A stretch of 64,000 nucleotides of DNA, taken from positions 18,342 through 82,341 of the forward strand of contig DATDGB010000007.1 of NCBI GenBank assembly GCA_036522305.1, read 5' to 3'. Under the pieces are notes generated by a model. It saw only the letters and a program-made list of their open reading frames with translations, made no database searches and had not been told where the DNA came from. A program made the translations under genes and the position numbers. Positions 59,765 through 64,000 of this stretch are shown piece after piece; positions within the stretch are counted from its first letter, which is position 1; every line of letters begins with the position of its first letter. Source of the stretch: Candidatus Acidiferrum sp. Lineage in GTDB: Bacteria; Acidobacteriota; Terriglobia; Acidiferrales; UBA7541.

Positions 59765-59934
59765 GCCGGGGCACTTGCTTCGCGGCCCGAAGCGGAAGAT
59801 TTCTTAGATTTCTTCCGCTTTTTTCTAGATTTTTCTTCTTCTAGCAGGGGTTTGATTTCAGCGTGCGGAACTTTCAAAAGGCTACGCATTGTCTCATCGA
59901 AAGTTTCGTATTCACTTTTTCTTGGATTTGCCAT
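59761..59934 (-). CDS. 57-aa protein with basic tail, not in the ORF track
   Basis: MANPRKSEYETFDETMRSLLKVPHAEIKPLLEEEKSRKKRKKSKK..; overlaps both neighbours. Confidence 0.6.
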   Translation of the reverse strand: MANPRKSEYETFDETMRSLLKVPHAEIKPLLEEEKSRKKRKKSKKSSASGREASAPA

Positions 59935-60715
59935 CGCTCTTCTTCTTTTTCATCGCTTCAATCAATGACTTTGCATGCTTGTCTAGCATAATCTTATCGG
60001 CAAAGCAGGTAGATACTTCCCAAATCTTCTCATGCGGTTTTGGCTGGCTAATCATTTCTTGGAACAGCGGTTCGTAATCGTGGGACAAACTTAACATTTG
60101 CCTTCCGGCTTCGAGGCGCACCAAGCCTGAAACAAAATCGGCTGCCTGCAATCCAAATAGGTATCGATCTTCGGCAAACGTAATGGCAACAAGTTTGTGC
60201 CGTATATCGGGTTTAACTCTTCGGATTTTCCGGTATAAATAAAAGAATTTGTTTCCAGTTTCCAAATCGTCATCACAGGTAAAACTCAGTTTGTCATTCT
60301 CTCCGGTGAATTCCTCGGCCTTGAGAAGAGCCCTCGCGAATGCCATATACACAGGGTCGCGATCATAAACTTCATGGAATCTTTGCGGTAATGCTTTGTA
60401 TGCAGCTACGTCCACGGCAATTGCAGTGACGAGCTGCAAGTGTTTTCTGATGCATCTAATGAATGGAAGAAGGTCTTCTATTCTTTCTTTTACTCCAGTT
60501 CTGTTGTTCTTAGTGCTCAGTGGTTTATTCCAATTAAATGATTCCTTGGCGCTTAGGACCTGAATACCGTTCTTAGAAAGCAGCCTTCCCCATTCGTCAG
60601 CGAATGGATTGAAAAACTCGTTATAAGCGCACACTCCGCCGAAACAAATGACCTGCCGGTCTTTAAATTTCCCACTCTCATCCATAAATGTGGTTACGGT
60701 ATTGTAGCCGGCCAT
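59912..60715 (-). CDS. DUF3800-like protein (IS passenger)
   Basis: FMDESG at N-terminus, LQAADFVSG near C-terminus; AAGGA RBS; AT-richer than host. Confidence 0.72.
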   Translation of the reverse strand: MAGYNTVTTFMDESGKFKDRQVICFGGVCAYNEFFNPFADEWGRLLSKNGIQVLSAKESFNWNKPLSTKNNRTGVKERIEDLLPFIRCIRKHLQLVTAIAVDVAAYKALPQRFHEVYDRDPVYMAFARALLKAEEFTGENDKLSFTCDDDLETGNKFFYLYRKIRRVKPDIRHKLVAITFAEDRYLFGLQAADFVSGLVRLEAGRQMLSLSHDYEPLFQEMISQPKPHEKIWEVSTCFADKIMLDKHAKSLIEAMKKKKSDGKSKKK

Positions 60716-61024
60716 CACCAATTCCTTTGGAGTGGGGCAACTAGCCAGAAATTGCAATCACGCACATTCCCTCTCTTGGCAAGGAACAATATGACTGACT
60801 CCATGCCACTGAGTCAAGTATATTATTGCCGGCAAAAGGATTGAGAGGAAAGGAGTTAGGGAGGCTTTGAAAGGCAAGCGAGGATTTTACACAGAGGGCG
60901 CTGAGATCCCAGCGGGCACGGAGAGGAGGAAGAGCCGACGAATGGTAGGTGAGAAGTGCTGAAGATGGATGCGTAGCGGACAAAGGGAAGCGCTCCTTTC
61001 TCCGCGAACGTGAAGGCTGCAAAC

Positions 61025-61053
61025 ACTATAACACAAATGGTACTTACTTTAAA
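61025..61053 (-). promoter_or_regulatory. sigma70-like promoter pointing into the IS right end
   Basis: TTTAAA-17-TATAGT with extended TG; AAGGAG and TTG downstream. Confidence 0.5.
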
Positions 61054-61254
61054 GGATAACTATATTGCTATTCGAATGGTCGTCGCTATTTGAGACGGCG
61101 GGGTGCAAGTTGGCTGAGGGAAAGGGTTTGCGGGTGAGGTGGGATTCGAAAGGATTGTGGAAATCCGTGGAAAAGTCAAAAGCCGCCAGAAGTTAACAGT
61201 CCCGACCGGGTCGGGATCCTTGATCGACAGTTGAACGCTAGTGAATGACGGAAA

Positions 61255-61285
61255 CATACACCAAAATATTAGGAAATGGTGTATG
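61255..61285. promoter_or_regulatory. vapBC operator palindrome
   Basis: CATACACCA-13 nt-TGGTGTATG overlapping the -10 TATGCT. Confidence 0.7.
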
Positions 61286-61293
61286 CTTTCAGA

Positions 61294-61494
61294 ATGGGCA
61301 GAACGAATATTGAGATTGACGAGAATCTGGTGCGCAGGGCGCGCAAACTGACGCGCCTCAAGACCAAGCGAGAGATCGTGGATGCGGCGCTTGAGCTGCT
61401 GGTTCGCTCGGAGAGCCGGAAGGGCATCCTTCGCCATTATGGAACGGGGATCTGGAAGGGTGACTTGAAAGCGATGCGGAGGAACCGCGGTTGA
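61294..61494 (+). CDS. vapB: VapB antitoxin
   Basis: MGRTNIEIDENL..TKREIVDAAL..WKGDLKAMR. Confidence 0.88.
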   Translation: MGRTNIEIDENLVRRARKLTRLKTKREIVDAALELLVRSESRKGILRHYGTGIWKGDLKAMRRNRG

Positions 61495-61889
61495 TCCTGG
61501 TGGATAGCTCGGTATGGATCGATTTTTTCAGTTCCGCGCCGGGACGGGCAGGGAATGAGCTGCGGCGAATGATTAGCGACGCCGAGCCTTTTGCGCTGAC
61601 GGGAGTGGTGGTCACCGAGATCCTTCAGGGCCTCACGCGAGATGCCGGCCGAGTCGAGGGCTATCTTTCGCAGTGGGAATTGCTCGAGCCCCGTGGCTTC
61701 CGCACCTACCGGGAAGCGGCGGAGATCTTTCGGTTGGGGCGTGCCAAGGGTGTGAGCCTTACAACCGTGGATGTGCTCATTGCGGCAATTGCGCTGGAGC
61801 AGCGCGCCAGCGTGTTTACTCTGGACAAGGATTTTTTCCGCATCGCGCGCTTGACGGGGCTTCCGCTGCATCCGCTACCGGTACCGTGA
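61491..61889 (+). CDS. vapC: PIN-domain toxin
   Basis: LVDSSVWIDF, EILQG, DVLIAAIA, TLDKDF; overlaps the vapB stop. Confidence 0.9.
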   Translation: MILVDSSVWIDFFSSAPGRAGNELRRMISDAEPFALTGVVVTEILQGLTRDAGRVEGYLSQWELLEPRGFRTYREAAEIFRLGRAKGVSLTTVDVLIAAIALEQRASVFTLDKDFFRIARLTGLPLHPLPVP

Positions 61890-61911
61890 AGCGAAGAGTG
61901 CTTCGCCCTGG

Positions 61912-62046
61912 CTAGAGGAGTTCGATCCGTTCGTCCACGGACATTTCGACATCGCCCAGAATGGCGCGTAGCAATCCGGGACCAAGAGTTTCGCCTGAAT
62001 GCACGGGGACGGCGATCGCCCTGCCGTCTGGGTGTTTGAGAAACAA
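61912..62046 (-). pseudogene. HicA toxin C-terminal remnant
   Basis: LFLKHPDGRAIAVPVHSGETLGPGLLRAILGD; in-frame TAG upstream; GSH motif missing. Confidence 0.7.
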
Positions 62047-62067
62047 GGCTCGCGGCTATAATCCGCG

Positions 62068-62166
62068 CACGCGAACGAACAGCATGTGGAGATTTTAAAG
62101 AAAGGCGTGGTATCTTGGAATCAGTGGAGAGATGAGAATTTTCCGGCCAATCCAGACCTCAGGGAG
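62068..62166 (+). pseudogene. 5' remnant of a pentapeptide-repeat gene
   Basis: ANEQHVEILKKGVVSWNQWRDEN..PDL, cut off by a REP hairpin. Confidence 0.6.
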
Positions 62167-62167
62167 C

Positions 62168-62470
62168 GGGCGGGGCAAGCCCCGCCCCTACCGCGGCGAG
62201 TGCAATTTGAGGGGGAGGATTTTGGCTTAGGACTTGAAGTCGGGGTCGGTGGCAAAAAAAATAGGAGTGGTTAGTTCCGGAGGGAAGGGATTAAGAGGTG
62301 CCGCGCCTACAGCGCTCTTCAAAGTGTTTGCCAGCTTTCCCGGCCCTGACCCTTAAACTCCGCTCAGGGCTGGCGGGCTGGGCTAAGTTGTGGCGCACCC
62401 GCGGTGCTCAGGGGAAATCTTCCCTAGAACCCAAGAGAAAAGGGCGCCCGCAGTGGCGGACGCCCTTACA
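62168..62470. repeat. Cluster of REP-like hairpins
   Basis: GGGCGGGGC-aa-GCCCCGCCC-CTAC at 62168-62191; AGGGCGCCCGC..GCGGACGCCCT-TACA at 62441-62470. Confidence 0.65.
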
Positions 62471-62513
62471 AGCTGAAGCAGAAGACGGGCAACAGTTTTG
62501 GCACTATTCGACT

Positions 62514-63845
62514 CTACTGGGAGCCGCCGCCGAAGAGGTGGAGGACGACGCCAGTGGTGACCCAATAGTTGTTCTGGTGCATGTTGGTGCCGAAGGCGGT
62601 GCGGTAGTAGTCGACGTCGATCAGACGGAATTCCCAGTGACGGGTGGGGTGGATGTCGAGTCCGCCGCCGACTTTGTAGGAAATGCAGTTAGACGAATAA
62701 GTGTACCCGCCGGTCCCGGTGATGGTGGTGTCGGCGCGCGATCCTCCGACCATGCCTTCAACGAAGGGGGTGGCGCGGAAGCGATTGCGGCTGCGGTAGA
62801 AATAGCGGGCGCCGAAGTGATTGCCGTAAAGGACGTTCTTGACGCCAGTGGAAGTGGTGTAGTTGTAGGTGCTGTCTGCGACGATCTGCAGCCAGGGCCT
62901 GAGGGTCAAGCCAACGGATCCCATGGCGCCATTGAGATTGCTGTAAGTTCCCCCGCCGCTATTGCTCAGCCGAGCGAACGCGTAACCGCCATAGAACTCG
63001 AAAAGTGTGGGTTTGCGAATGGCTGAGTTGGGCTTCTCCCAGCTTGACCTTTCGGTCTTGGGCCGGATGGGAGCCGCCGCCGGTTGAGGCGAAGCGGGCT
63101 GAGGCTGTGCCGCCGCTGGCGGTTCAGGCTGAGGGACGGGAGCAGCTGATTCCGTGATATGTGACGCAGGTTCCCTCGTTGGAGCCGGGGCCGGTAGAAC
63201 TGCCTGTGGCTGGGCCGGTGCCGGCTCGGGCTGAGCAGAGGCGGGCGGAACGGGTTGCGCGGTGGAAGCTGGCGATTCTGGGACAGTTGATACCGGTACG
63301 GGAGCTGGTGCCGGAGCCGGCGCTGAGGTCAGCGAAACCTCTGTAGTTTGAGCTTGAGCAGGCGTGGACGGAGCAGCCGGTTCGACGGTGCCAATTGGTT
63401 GCGGGACATTCGGCAGGGGAGCGGCCGCACTTGTTGGGGCAGGCTGAGCCGCGACGGGCTGAGATTGCGCGGCAGCAGGTGGATTTGGCGTCACAGTGGC
63501 GGCTGGCGTACTCAGAACTTTTGTTCTGGCGGAGGCAACCTGCAAAGAGCCAGATTGCTGCACCGAGGTGGCATTGCGATCGATCGCGATCATGTTGGAA
63601 TAGACGAAACCAACCCTGCCATCCCGCGTTTGAATCTGGGAAAAGACAAAACCGTAGACTAAGACGGTGAAGCGCTCGCCGCAGGGCACCGAGGCCAGAA
63701 CGTCGGGAGTCTTCCTGGGCTTGGCGAAAACTTGGATGCCGTCTGAATGGCTGGAGCAATCGACGAATCCGATATCGTCAGCCCACGCAGCAGAGGCTGC
63801 GAGAAAACATCCCCCCAATAAGATTAGCAATCGATTACGGAACAT
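62514..63845 (-). CDS. Exported protein: SH3-like domain, Pro/Ala linker, outer-membrane beta-barrel
   Basis: GAGGAGGGGG RBS, signal peptide, QIQTRDGRVGFV, FEFYGGY..GGGLDI..DVDYYRT strands. Confidence 0.75.
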   Translation of the reverse strand: MFRNRLLILLGGCFLAASAAWADDIGFVDCSSHSDGIQVFAKPRKTPDVLASVPCGERFTVLVYGFVFSQIQTRDGRVGFVYSNMIAIDRNATSVQQSGSLQVASARTKVLSTPAATVTPNPPAAAQSQPVAAQPAPTSAAAPLPNVPQPIGTVEPAAPSTPAQAQTTEVSLTSAPAPAPAPVPVSTVPESPASTAQPVPPASAQPEPAPAQPQAVLPAPAPTREPASHITESAAPVPQPEPPAAAQPQPASPQPAAAPIRPKTERSSWEKPNSAIRKPTLFEFYGGYAFARLSNSGGGTYSNLNGAMGSVGLTLRPWLQIVADSTYNYTTSTGVKNVLYGNHFGARYFYRSRNRFRATPFVEGMVGGSRADTTITGTGGYTYSSNCISYKVGGGLDIHPTRHWEFRLIDVDYYRTAFGTNMHQNNYWVTTGVVLHLFGGGSQ

Positions 63846-64000
63846 CGCCCCCTCCTCGGCTCAAGGAGACCTCGAGCCCCAGAGAGAATTATCGGGCTTG
63901 AAGGGTGGCAGGTCAGAGGGAGCGAGGGACAGGACGTTCCAAAGCGGTACTGTACGCGGGGCCGGTGACACTTAGTATACCAAATGGGTTAGGGCCTTTT

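Larger units (their letters stand above)
58753..60830 (+). mobile_element. IS1595-family element with passenger genes
   Basis: Perfect 23-bp TIRs GGCAATAATATACTTGACTCAGT at 58753-58775 and 60808-60830. Confidence 0.9.

Noticed and set aside
60741-61022. 93-aa minus-strand ORF
   Set aside because: Composed of repeat-derived sequence and runs through the IS TIR; coding status unsupported

Overview
A GC-rich bacterial window. The gene content and repeat families suggest Acidobacteria, but that is an inference. Housekeeping blocks are pruA with an APC permease, a GT2/GT-C/methyltransferase cluster, a PilT-family ATPase, an S10 peptidase, tRNA-His, a NarL-type two-component pair, nirA with an FNT transporter, an ECF sigma module, acs, MFS/TSUP transporters, a lactate permease with glcDEF, and a ferredoxin. 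Two accessory zones (about 15-36 kb and 58.7-62.5 kb) hold three vapBC pairs, c-di-GMP genes, three tandem paralogous secreted Cys proteins, a wHTH-HNH nuclease preceded by a tiny promoter-terminator RNA unit, short genes separated by REP-like repeats, a decaying Ser/Thr kinase triplication, and an IS1595 element with perfect 23-bp TIRs carrying a DUF3800-like gene and an unannotated 57-aa ORF. Several genes are split by single-base indels, which may be assembly errors. No CRISPR array, integrase or rRNA was seen. Family assignments come from motif recognition by eye, not from database searches.
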